NCBI GenBank assembly: GCA_046570105.1
Contig: JBKHVI010000016.1
Coordinates: forward strand, 1 to 50,289
Direction: 5' to 3'
Origin: Bacteriovoracia bacterium
GTDB taxonomy: Bacteria; Bdellovibrionota; Bacteriovoracia; Bacteriovoracales; Bacteriovoracaceae
Length of the DNA stretch: 50,289 nucleotides
Of the stretch, positions 9,727 to 18,127 are shown in pieces; position 1 is the stretch's first letter; each line of letters opens with the position of its first letter. Both the position numbers and the translations under genes were made by a program. The notes under the pieces were generated by a model. It did not search any database. It was given only the letters and a program-made list of their open reading frames with translations, and was not told the DNA's origin.

Positions 9727-11690
9727 GATTCATTTTCTTCTTTCTAATTATCTTGATTGCCTCATGTTCAACAACCCATGACCCACTTCAAAACACTAAA
9801 AAATTAGCGAAAGATGGTCATAGCAGCCTCTATCACAACGGCGCCTTTCAGATTCCACTCACAAAAGTTAAACTTATACCTCCTGCTCCTTCTGCCTGGG
9901 AACTTGCTCAAAGCATGGCTGGTCTTAAAGCACGAGCCTCTTTTCTTGCAGCACTTCAAGGAATCAAAGACTCCTATCAATTAGTTGAAGTGGGCTCAAT
10001 CAAATCATGGAAGGCCGCAGCTAAAATTCGAACTGGTACAGGCGAGGTTGTCGAGGCCATACACTATCAAGGAAAAAGCTTCTCAAAATTAATCATCGAA
10101 AAGTCTCTACCACTCCCTGAAAATTTTCTCAGATCTTCCGTTCAACTTTCAAAAGAAGTTAATGAAGAGCTTCGTATCGTAGCAGACAAAATTAAAGTCA
10201 TAAGCAAAAGTGAATCTAAAACTCTTAAGTCCAATTTTTATGACATGGCAACACGCTTGTCAGACAAGATGAATAACAGTGCTAAAAAAGATATTTTCAA
10301 AGCTTGGTCAGACGCGACCCAATCACTCAATCTCACCGAAAAGCGTGTAAAACGAATTGAATCTAAATTATCAACAAGCGGCGATACAATAGCAAAAAGC
10401 TTACATCATTCTGCAAAAGAGAATGTTGATCTTGGCCTGAATAAATTTGTTAAAGGTTATCTCGCGATCCCTAAGAACCTAAAATCATCAGCAAATAATA
10501 TCAAAGATGCTGCAACGACTTTTCCAGATGGGTTCACTAAAATCAATCAAGACCGATCAGAGTTATCTGAAAACCTTCTGATATACATCAATGAAGGTTG
10601 GCGAGAGATAGATGATGATGTACGACAAAGTCTTCATCTACCAAGAACAGATTCGGGCTCGTTAAATATTTTATACTCACTAGCAGGAGTCATAAAGATT
10701 CTCGCTTGGGATGTTACAGTTAAACCCATTACAAAAATCGGCAGCGGGGCCCTTGGATATGTTCTAGTTAACACTCTCGCCTATCCTGCCATGATCAGCT
10801 TTGAAGCAGGAAAATCAGTCACCTATTTGGCCACTGAACTCACTCTCTCATCCGGTAAATTGCTTTACGACCTAACGGCTCCTTCAATTAGTGCTGCACT
10901 TGCAGGCGGACTTGCTGCACTCCAGTGGACTGCCGCCACAAGTACAGAATGGCTCACTCAAGGTGCAGAAACCACCACCCGCTTTGGCCTCTATTCTTTA
11001 GAGCTATCTCTGAGAGCAGGTAAATTGGTGAGCAGATACCCCATGGGTACAGCAAAATTCTTGGGAGCACAGCTCACAGAAACAACCCTTAACCTTTCTG
11101 GTGAAATTCTCAGTATAGGAACTCGGGCTTCCGGTGAAATAGCACAGGCCACGCTCAAATACATAGCCGTCCCTATCTCTTCAGTGGGTATTCCCTCTCT
11201 CGGTGTGACCAGCGGAGTTGCGATTGCTGGAACTGGCGTCGCTACCGGTGGAATCGCTTCACTTGGAAGTAACACAATAGCTGGCGGAGGCTGGGTATTT
11301 GGCCAGACACTCGCGGCCACCACCGGCACAGCAGGTACCGTCGCCAGTGCGGGATTAGGTGCAACCGTGGCAGCTTATGAAACAGCAAAATCAGTCACTG
11401 TTCCTCCTGGTTACATCATGGGAAGTGGTGTCGTTTTAAGTTATGGCGCCCTCGTTCATTTAGGAGCGCAGTCCATTCTGGCGGTAAGTGACGCAGCCTA
11501 TTTAGTGCTCTCGCTCGAAGGTGCCCATTGGGTCATTTACGCCGTCAGCGGAAAACTTAATGACGGGACTGATCTTATGCCCGGCACCGTTCTCGATTTA
11601 GAAGAAATGAAAAAACAAGGCGAAGAGTTCCAAGTAGTACCTGTGGGACAAGATGAACTGAGAAGAGTAATAGAGAATGTTTCAAACTAA
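9723..11690 (+). CDS. Hypothetical lipoprotein with a helical region and a Gly/Ala/Thr-rich hydrophobic region
   Basis: Lipobox 'LIASC'; ATGA overlap with the upstream gene; glycine-zipper-like stretch in the C-terminal third. Confidence 0.75.
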   Translation: MRFIFFFLIILIASCSTTHDPLQNTKKLAKDGHSSLYHNGAFQIPLTKVKLIPPAPSAWELAQSMAGLKARASFLAALQGIKDSYQLVEVGSIKSWKAAAKIRTGTGEVVEAIHYQGKSFSKLIIEKSLPLPENFLRSSVQLSKEVNEELRIVADKIKVISKSESKTLKSNFYDMATRLSDKMNNSAKKDIFKAWSDATQSLNLTEKRVKRIESKLSTSGDTIAKSLHHSAKENVDLGLNKFVKGYLAIPKNLKSSANNIKDAATTFPDGFTKINQDRSELSENLLIYINEGWREIDDDVRQSLHLPRTDSGSLNILYSLAGVIKILAWDVTVKPITKIGSGALGYVLVNTLAYPAMISFEAGKSVTYLATELTLSSGKLLYDLTAPSISAALAGGLAALQWTAATSTEWLTQGAETTTRFGLYSLELSLRAGKLVSRYPMGTAKFLGAQLTETTLNLSGEILSIGTRASGEIAQATLKYIAVPISSVGIPSLGVTSGVAIAGTGVATGGIASLGSNTIAGGGWVFGQTLAATTGTAGTVASAGLGATVAAYETAKSVTVPPGYIMGSGVVLSYGALVHLGAQSILAVSDAAYLVLSLEGAHWVIYAVSGKLNDGTDLMPGTVLDLEEMKKQGEEFQVVPVGQDELRRVIENVSN

Positions 11691-11696
11691 GACAAA

Positions 11697-12134
11697 CTAT
11701 ACTGCCCCACATGCTCTCTCAATTAATTGCTCTGATTTCGTGCTCAATAAAATTGAGAAATTCATGGGTGAGTGCAAACGGATAACATCATACTCAAATG
11801 CTAGTTCCGGCCGAAGACTTGCTCGCGCATCTCGAGAGTCAACAAGCTTGATAAATCCAACTAATTCCAAATGACGACAATCTTTCAAGGTGTGCTGAGA
11901 AGGACGTCCAAGGATTTTTGCTAATTGGTAAACAGAGCTGGGGTTATAACGTGCAATAGCCACAAGAATTTCTTGTTTTTGATTATTCATTAAACTGCGC
12001 CAAGTTTGTGGAGAATCAAAGTTTATGGAACTTTTCTTCTGCACGAGAGGCTTTTTCTTACTAATGGATTGGTTTATTTCTCCAAACAAGTCATCAGTCT
12101 TTTTAAAATAAACATTCATCGCCTTTAATTTCAT
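11697..12134 (-). CDS. HVO_A0114-like winged-HTH protein (putative antitoxin/regulator)
   Basis: 'INFDS....RSLMNNQKQEILVAIARYNPSSVYQLAKILGR......KDCRHLELVGFIKL...RP...YD.I' fits the family; ATGA-coupled to the upstream DUF6516-like gene. Confidence 0.75.
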   Translation of the reverse strand: MKLKAMNVYFKKTDDLFGEINQSISKKKPLVQKKSSINFDSPQTWRSLMNNQKQEILVAIARYNPSSVYQLAKILGRPSQHTLKDCRHLELVGFIKLVDSRDARASLRPELAFEYDVIRLHSPMNFSILLSTKSEQLIERACGAV

Positions 12135-12451
12135 CTCAATATCTCCTTACATCGCTCTTGAAAATAAACCAAAGCTGTCTGCCATGTTTCTACATTAAGT
12201 TTTCTTCTTGAAGAATGATTCTGAGGCAGTAGATCATGTTCATGAAAACCATAAGGAGCATGATTATCGATCAAAAGCACAACTTGATCCTTACTTCTAT
12301 AGTTAAGCTCAAAGCGAATTAACCGGAATACAGCTTTAACTCCTTCCGGGTACAGCTCATTTGCTGGCATTAAGCGCACTGAAATCTCCCAACGATAAAG
12401 TCTTCCCGAGCTATCCTGACATTGAGAGCTTCTTTCAATTGGAAGTCTCAT
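12131..12451 (-). CDS. DUF6516 (TumE-like) putative toxin
   Basis: 'YPEGVK..FRL', 'LLIDNHAPYGFHEH' and terminal 'LVYFQERCKE' resemble DUF6516; paired with an HTH gene. Confidence 0.6.
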   Translation of the reverse strand: MRLPIERSSQCQDSSGRLYRWEISVRLMPANELYPEGVKAVFRLIRFELNYRSKDQVVLLIDNHAPYGFHEHDLLPQNHSSRRKLNVETWQTALVYFQERCKEILR

Positions 12452-12478
12452 TGTGATTGCCCCATATTAACATTTTTC

Positions 12479-12503
12479 GCACATATACACAAAATGTGCA
12501 CAT
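12479..12503. promoter_or_regulatory. Putative operator upstream of the TA-like pair
   Basis: GCACAT-N9-ATGTGC inverted repeat overlapping the perfect palindrome ATGTGCACAT (12494-12503), about 30-50 bp upstream of the toxin start. Confidence 0.35.
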
Positions 12504-12609
12504 AAAGTATTAGAAATACAGAATGAACCATGACAACTCCCCTCCCGCAGGTGAGCAGTTCATAGCGACAGAAGCGATGGGGCGGCCATTCTTAAATTTG
12601 TGATAATTG

Positions 12610-12633
12610 ATTAAGTTCAGATATGAACTTAAT
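12610..12633. repeat. 10-bp perfect inverted repeat ATTAAGTTCA-gata-TGAACTTAAT
   Basis: Seen directly; lies just downstream of the methyltransferase stop, at the edge of the AT-richer insert. Confidence 0.6.
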
Positions 12634-12655
12634 ACCTAAAAGTAGCTGACACCTT

Positions 12656-13246
12656 TTAGAGGTTACGACTCAAGCAAATCACTCGCATTTTGTTAGAGCG
12701 CTTGACGTGCTTCCATTCAAAGCCAGCAGGCAGAATCGGTTTACCGGGAGGGCCGGGGTCGCGGTGGAGCCAGAAGGCCTGGCCCTGAGGAGCGAGTGAA
12801 CGAATCATGCAATCAATCCATTCTTGCCAAGAATTAATCACGAAGCGACGAGCGATATTGCGACGAGGATCAACTGACTTGCGCCCACTCTCTGGTAAAA
12901 AGTAAGGTGGGTTGGCGACAATTAAGGGGACTTGAATTTTTTGATCGAGGTTAAACTCACCTACCGATTGCCAATGATAGATTGTTTCTGCGAGCTTCGC
13001 TTTTTTTGTAATATTAGGGATAAGAAATTCTTCCCAATCTGCTTTTTGATATTCCACCAGGTGAGCTGTCTGTATTGGAATTTTCTGTGAGAGTTCACAA
13101 GTGATCACTCCCGAACCTGCTCCTAGCTCAAGCATTTGTTCCACTTGTTTGAACTTTAGAAACTCCAGCACTGTCTCGACGAGAAAGAGCTGATCCCAAC
13201 CAAAGCGAAAGAAGTCGGGTTGTAGATAATCATCGGGATCAATCAT
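12656..13246 (-). CDS. N6-adenine methyltransferase, tRNA1(Val) m6A37 (TrmN/YfiC)-like
   Basis: 'DYLQPDFFRFGWD', 'LELGAGSGVI', 'LIVANPPYF'. Confidence 0.7.
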   Translation of the reverse strand: MIDPDDYLQPDFFRFGWDQLFLVETVLEFLKFKQVEQMLELGAGSGVITCELSQKIPIQTAHLVEYQKADWEEFLIPNITKKAKLAETIYHWQSVGEFNLDQKIQVPLIVANPPYFLPESGRKSVDPRRNIARRFVINSWQEWIDCMIRSLAPQGQAFWLHRDPGPPGKPILPAGFEWKHVKRSNKMRVICLSRNL

Positions 13247-14346
13247 GGACGCGCGAGCTTCTCGACCAGAGCTTCGTCTATTTGCCCAAGCTCAACTAAC
13301 TGTGAAAGGGCCCAAGTGTCTTTTTCATTCTCATTAAATCGCTTGAGATAAAGATGGCGACGTTCTTTGAGAAGATTTTTAGCTGAAGCAGGAGCAACAC
13401 GCACCAAAACTCCCCGCAAATCCTCTTGTTCGGCAAGCGCATGAAAGAGCACCGGATTTTTTTCTTTGAGTGCAGGAAGAGTCTGTGCCAATTTTTCTCG
13501 ATACTGAGCATCGACAGGAAGGCGGCCTAGAAAAATCCAGACCCTGTCAGCAAAATCTTTTTCGTTAAAAAATTCTTCCATAAATCTCATATAACGAGCG
13601 CCACGCAGCTCACGATTTTGGAGCCAGCCTGCAAAGCCAGGAACTAAATTTTGATGGTAGCGTAAGTTGAGTTTGCTAAGTATTTCCGCTAAGTCCATCT
13701 CTTGTGCTTTGGTGGCTTCCTCAATGAGCTCTTCTTGATTTGAAAATTCAAGAATGCCTTGGAAAAAGACATCGACAATGACTCTCCCCTTTAAACCTCT
13801 CGCCAAAGATTGAAATAAATCTTCTACAATCCCTAGGGTAAATTTCCCCAATAGATCATTACGCAAAGGAGTAATTCGAATACGTTCAATCGGATCACGT
13901 TCAAGCCACTCGGCCAGGATTTTTTCAGTTCTCACCCAATTACCAAGTTTCAAATACCCTACTGCTCTTAGGAGTGTGTAATCCAAATAAGGAGGAAGCT
14001 CATCTAACTCATCCAATAGCTGAATAAGGATTTGTCGCTCATTAGGTTTGAGGGCATGTTCGCTCGACCAAATATTTTTGATTTTACCTTCAAGTTTTTG
14101 CTGAATTCCTTTGGCACTCTCCGAGATGTTTTGCAAATTCTTCTGCTGAGAAACCCAGTCTTTGAGCGGATGACCTTTGGGTAAGGTGACGACGCAATCA
14201 CGAAGCGAGAGCAAAAAAACTTCGTTGGCCGTTTGAGAATTGTGAAGCAAGAGGGCCAACTGCATAGCCGGATCATCGAATTGCTTGCAATCTAAGCGAA
14301 CTTTTCTGAAAACACCTTCAAGTGCAAAGCCGTCGATATGGCTCAT
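13243..14346 (-). CDS. Hypothetical helical protein; probably the C-terminal part of a slippage fusion with the upstream GYF-like gene
   Basis: 367-aa ORF with no clear RBS; its frame stays open upstream to a TGA at 14407-14409, right at the A9 run of the upstream gene. Confidence 0.7.
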   Translation of the reverse strand: MSHIDGFALEGVFRKVRLDCKQFDDPAMQLALLLHNSQTANEVFLLSLRDCVVTLPKGHPLKDWVSQQKNLQNISESAKGIQQKLEGKIKNIWSSEHALKPNERQILIQLLDELDELPPYLDYTLLRAVGYLKLGNWVRTEKILAEWLERDPIERIRITPLRNDLLGKFTLGIVEDLFQSLARGLKGRVIVDVFFQGILEFSNQEELIEEATKAQEMDLAEILSKLNLRYHQNLVPGFAGWLQNRELRGARYMRFMEEFFNEKDFADRVWIFLGRLPVDAQYREKLAQTLPALKEKNPVLFHALAEQEDLRGVLVRVAPASAKNLLKERRHLYLKRFNENEKDTWALSQLVELGQIDEALVEKLARP

Positions 14347-14369
14347 AAGCTGAAATGAGTAGGTGTCGT

Positions 14370-15131
14370 TCAGAGCGATTGGCTCAAAAAGACTTTTTTT
14401 TTGATATCAATGGGTGTGGTCTGGGCATACGCCGTCGGTACGACTATCGAAATCGCCGTAGGCATTATTTCATTCAAGAGACGTTTCCTAAAATAAAGCA
14501 TGCTGGCCAGAACCAGCAAAATGACAATGGCACCCATCATGACGACTTTATCGCTGATGAGACGGGCCTTAGGCACATAGGCAACTCGAGGTGGTGGAAC
14601 AATCGTTGTCCCCTTCTTAGCACGTCCTGGGGCCACCGGTGTTGGTGTTGGTGCAACTTCTCTGGAGCGAGGTTTGGGTGGAACAGGAATCGGCGATTCA
14701 TCCACACTTTCAGAGCTTAAATCATCTGCTAAAATTTCATTTTTTTTTTCTGGATCTATCGCAGGCGCACGTCCAGCAGGCTTAGGTGCTGCTACTGGCG
14801 GTGGTGGTGGATCGTCTTTTAATGAAGAGATATCAATCCCACCTACCATCGTTATATCGTCTTGTTCCTCATGCCCCACTTGATGTGAGTCTAGATCGGC
14901 TGTCAGAACATCACGCGCTTCGCTGATAGGATTGAAAGACTGTTTTTGATTTCCTAGCAGGTAGCGCTCGAGCTGGTCTTTTTCACGCAGATAGAACCAA
15001 TAGCCATTACCACTGCAAATCTCGTCTTCTTGGCGAATAGAACCATTATGATAGAGCTCTAAAACCTTTTCTTTCGAGACTGGCCCCAAGATATGATTTG
15101 ATTTTGTACGGATGAGCCAGTTCTTCTGCAT
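14370..15131 (-). CDS. GYF_2-like domain, Pro-rich linker and single TM helix
   Basis: 'WLIRTKSNHILGPVSKEKVLELYHNGSIRQEDEICSGNGYW' fits GYF_2; TM 'VVMMGAIVILLVLASMLYF'; contains A10 (14740-14749) and A9 (14394-14402) runs on the coding strand. Confidence 0.7.
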   Translation of the reverse strand: MQKNWLIRTKSNHILGPVSKEKVLELYHNGSIRQEDEICSGNGYWFYLREKDQLERYLLGNQKQSFNPISEARDVLTADLDSHQVGHEEQDDITMVGGIDISSLKDDPPPPPVAAPKPAGRAPAIDPEKKNEILADDLSSESVDESPIPVPPKPRSREVAPTPTPVAPGRAKKGTTIVPPPRVAYVPKARLISDKVVMMGAIVILLVLASMLYFRKRLLNEIMPTAISIVVPTAYAQTTPIDIKKKVFLSQSL

Positions 15132-15136
15132 TCAGA

Positions 15137-16516
15137 TCACCGTGCCAAAAGGCCAATCATGGCCGCCAAGTCTTGATCGTTGAAACGCAAACCCAAACTA
15201 ATCGTAGCGGACGAGTTGCCTTCCTTCGAGATTAAGTCCTCACCGGACACTCGCGCAAAGAGAACGTTCCATAATTTCACTTCGGCCAACAGTCGAGCAT
15301 TCGGTCCGGCATCTTGCTGATAATCAAATACCTCTAAACCAGTACGAATTCCCCAATCTGGGAAGAAGTAGTCGACACCTACACCACCCGTGCTTTCGAT
15401 CAAACCAGCACGAATACCAAGTCGCTGAATACGACGGCCAATCTGAAGGTTGAACTTAAATTGGCTCTTATTAATTTTACGTGATTCCTTACAGGTCTCA
15501 GGTCCGTCATCAACACTGGTACAGGTTTCGTTTTCGCGTTCAATTTCTGGCCCGTAGTCATTGGTAACAACACCAATACGGAAGAAGCGTTCAGGAGCTG
15601 GGTAGATATCCAGATCGAAGCGTGTATCTGTTCCCATGCGTGTGTTCGCACCCGTTGAGAGGCCGATATCCGCTTCAATATTGTTAATTCGGTTAACTAG
15701 TCGGTTTACGCTTGAAAGTGTTTGGGAAACTTGGTCGACGACAGCATCATCACGCAAGAGCTTACCCACAGTCCCCTTACCATCTTTTACGTCAGCGATT
15801 ATGTCTTTAAGATCTGTGACAGCTTTATCGGCCTTATCAAGAATTGGGCCAATTTTTGTGAGATCGGCCATGAGGGAATTTTTTTGTAAACGATCTGTTT
15901 CGTATTGAAGCTGCTCTGTAATGAGTTTGATGTTATCGACGATCTCATCAACTTTGGTTTCATTCTTATCCATCACGCGCTTCAAGCTCGCAGTGAGATC
16001 ACGAATATTACCAGTGATCGCTTCCAGACGATTGGAGCCGTCTTTTTCTTTGAGTGATTCTTTAATCAGAATGGCGACTTCTTTAATTTCTTTGATCATG
16101 CCACCGGCATCTTTGCCGATAGTATCAAGGCCGCCAGCAACATCAGAAGGAACGAGTGCTCCCTCTTCAAGACGATTAGGATGATCAGCACCTAAATCAA
16201 TATCCAAATACTTATCACCTAAGAAACCAACACTCTTAATCTGTAAGCGTGAGTTGGGTGTCATGATGATGTCTTCATTCATTTCAAATTCAACAAGTGC
16301 CTTATTACCCTGTAATCGAATTTGTTTGATTCGTCCGGCATTAATACCGGCCACTTTGATGGGAGTTTTTTCAACGATCCCACTGGCATCTTCCAGCATC
16401 GTTTGATAGCCGACGTAATTTCCAAACCCTGATTGATTAGAAGTAATCTTCAATGACATGAAGACGACACTAGCGAGGGCGAATAATGATAAGAGGCCGA
16501 CTTTTAATTCACTCAA
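15137..16516 (-). CDS. mlaD: MlaD/MCE family protein with a long helical region and C-terminal beta-rich domain
   Basis: 'ELKVGL', 'DASGI...TPIKVAGINAGRIKQI', 'GFLGDKYLDI'; TTG start with GGAG RBS. Confidence 0.9.
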   Translation of the reverse strand: MSELKVGLLSLFALASVVFMSLKITSNQSGFGNYVGYQTMLEDASGIVEKTPIKVAGINAGRIKQIRLQGNKALVEFEMNEDIIMTPNSRLQIKSVGFLGDKYLDIDLGADHPNRLEEGALVPSDVAGGLDTIGKDAGGMIKEIKEVAILIKESLKEKDGSNRLEAITGNIRDLTASLKRVMDKNETKVDEIVDNIKLITEQLQYETDRLQKNSLMADLTKIGPILDKADKAVTDLKDIIADVKDGKGTVGKLLRDDAVVDQVSQTLSSVNRLVNRINNIEADIGLSTGANTRMGTDTRFDLDIYPAPERFFRIGVVTNDYGPEIERENETCTSVDDGPETCKESRKINKSQFKFNLQIGRRIQRLGIRAGLIESTGGVGVDYFFPDWGIRTGLEVFDYQQDAGPNARLLAEVKLWNVLFARVSGEDLISKEGNSSATISLGLRFNDQDLAAMIGLLAR

Positions 16517-16586
16517 TTGATTTCACTCCATGAAATCTGGGCACATCCATGTGCGCGTATATATATAGAATGATAACCGAATCCGC

Positions 16587-17327
16587 CTACAACTCAAGGA
16601 ATCTGCGTATAGTTGGATTGTTTGAATTTTTAAATCCTTCCACTGTGGAATACTCAACTATCTTCCCTTTCTCTAGAAACATAATGTGGTCAGATATTCG
16701 CAGAGATGCGCGCACATCATGGGAGATAATGAGCGAGGTAAGCTTAATGTCAGCATTGGCCTTCGCAGTGTTAGCAATCAAATCGCAAACGACTTGCGTA
16801 CTAATAGGATCAAGACCTGAAGTTGGCTCATCATACAACATGATGCGAGGCTCAAGCGCCAACGCACGCGCGAGACCTACACGCTTTCTCATACCACCTG
16901 ATAACTCCGACGGTAGTCGATGCCAGGACTCAGGAACTAATTCTACCGACTCCATCAGCTTGGTCACTTTGGCTTTAATCGCCGACTCTTTAAGTTTAGT
17001 AAATTCGCGCAAAGGGAAAGCGACATTTTCAAAGGCCGAAAGATTATCAAACAGAGCGGCGTACTGAAATACCATTCCGAAATTGCGGCGAAACTCACGA
17101 AGACCTAACTCATCGAGTGTCTCCATATCGGTTCCTAGAGAAACAATTTTTCCACTCGTTGGATGAGTCAGACCCAAGATGTGTTTCATCAAAGTTGATT
17201 TACCCGCGCCTGAGAAACCAAGAATTGTGGTGATCTGGCCTTCTGGAATTCCAAAAGTGAGATCGTTTAATACAGTCGCTTCGCCGTATTTTTTTGTTAC
17301 ATGATTAAAGCTAATCGCGTCTGGCAT
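16587..17327 (-). CDS. mlaF: Mla ABC transporter ATP-binding protein
   Basis: Walker A GFSGAGKST, 'MVFQYAALFD', 'LSGGMRKRVGLARALALEP', 'YDEPTSGLDP'. Confidence 0.92.
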   Translation of the reverse strand: MPDAISFNHVTKKYGEATVLNDLTFGIPEGQITTILGFSGAGKSTLMKHILGLTHPTSGKIVSLGTDMETLDELGLREFRRNFGMVFQYAALFDNLSAFENVAFPLREFTKLKESAIKAKVTKLMESVELVPESWHRLPSELSGGMRKRVGLARALALEPRIMLYDEPTSGLDPISTQVVCDLIANTAKANADIKLTSLIISHDVRASLRISDHIMFLEKGKIVEYSTVEGFKNSNNPTIRRFLEL

Positions 17328-17335
17328 ACTTATCC

Positions 17336-18124
17336 TTACAAAATCTTCGTCAAGAAACTTGAAATGAAATAATCACTCACGAGTACTGTGACCATCCCCC
17401 ACACCACAGCGAGGTTTGTTCCCTTACCAACTCCCTCAGCGCCGCCTTTGACTTCAAAGCCGTGGTAAGAGCCGATGAGGCTGATAAGAAAGCCAAAACA
17501 AGCCGATTTAATTAAACCTTCAGCGACATGGCCCAAGCGCATAAAGTCGGAAAGTTTTTGAAAATACATCACATCATCAATACCTAAGACATGAACACCC
17601 ACAAGCCATGATCCAAAATTTCCGATGAGCATGAATATGCCACACAAGAGAGGCATGGAAAGTGTCGCGCCAATCACACGGGGAACGGCAAGATATTGGT
17701 GAGCATTAATCCCCATCACCTCGAGTGCATCAAGTTGCTCCGTCACTTTCATTGAGCCAATTTGTGCGGCCATCGCCGAACCACAACGTCCCGCCACAAC
17801 TAATCCGGCAAAAACGGGAGCAAGTTCTTTAGCGAGTGAGATCGCCACCACAGGACCCACAATCGAATCCATATTGATCGCCTGGATTCCTAAGTACATT
17901 TGCAAAGCAAAAACGGCTCCAGAAAATAGCGATGTAAGACCGACAATGAACAAGCTCTTGTTACCAATGAAGTACATCTGATCCATCAAGAGTTTGATTC
18001 TAAACGGAGGCTGGACTCCCCAGAAAAAAACTTTGCCGGTAAATTGTGTAAATTTCCCAAGACCTCCCAAGAGACCTAAGACTCCGGCACCAATACCTTC
18101 AATATATGTTTTCACCATCACCAT
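17336..18124 (-). CDS. mlaE: Mla ABC transporter permease
   Basis: 'KELAPVFAGLVVAGRCGSAMAAQIGSMKVTEQLDALEVMG'. Confidence 0.93.
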   Translation of the reverse strand: MVMVKTYIEGIGAGVLGLLGGLGKFTQFTGKVFFWGVQPPFRIKLLMDQMYFIGNKSLFIVGLTSLFSGAVFALQMYLGIQAINMDSIVGPVVAISLAKELAPVFAGLVVAGRCGSAMAAQIGSMKVTEQLDALEVMGINAHQYLAVPRVIGATLSMPLLCGIFMLIGNFGSWLVGVHVLGIDDVMYFQKLSDFMRLGHVAEGLIKSACFGFLISLIGSYHGFEVKGGAEGVGKGTNLAVVWGMVTVLVSDYFISSFLTKIL

Positions 18125-18127
18125 AAG

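Noticed and set aside
12510..12600. GC-richer intergenic patch checked as a tRNA, ncRNA or att site
   Set aside because: No cloverleaf, T-loop or CCA end, and no matching direct repeat was seen at the other side of the insert.
16541..16567. GCACAT-cc-ATGTGC repeat plus a TATATATATA run before mlaD, sharing a half-site with the TA upstream palindrome
   Set aside because: The 6-bp arms have a different spacer and could easily be chance; there is no other support for shared regulation.
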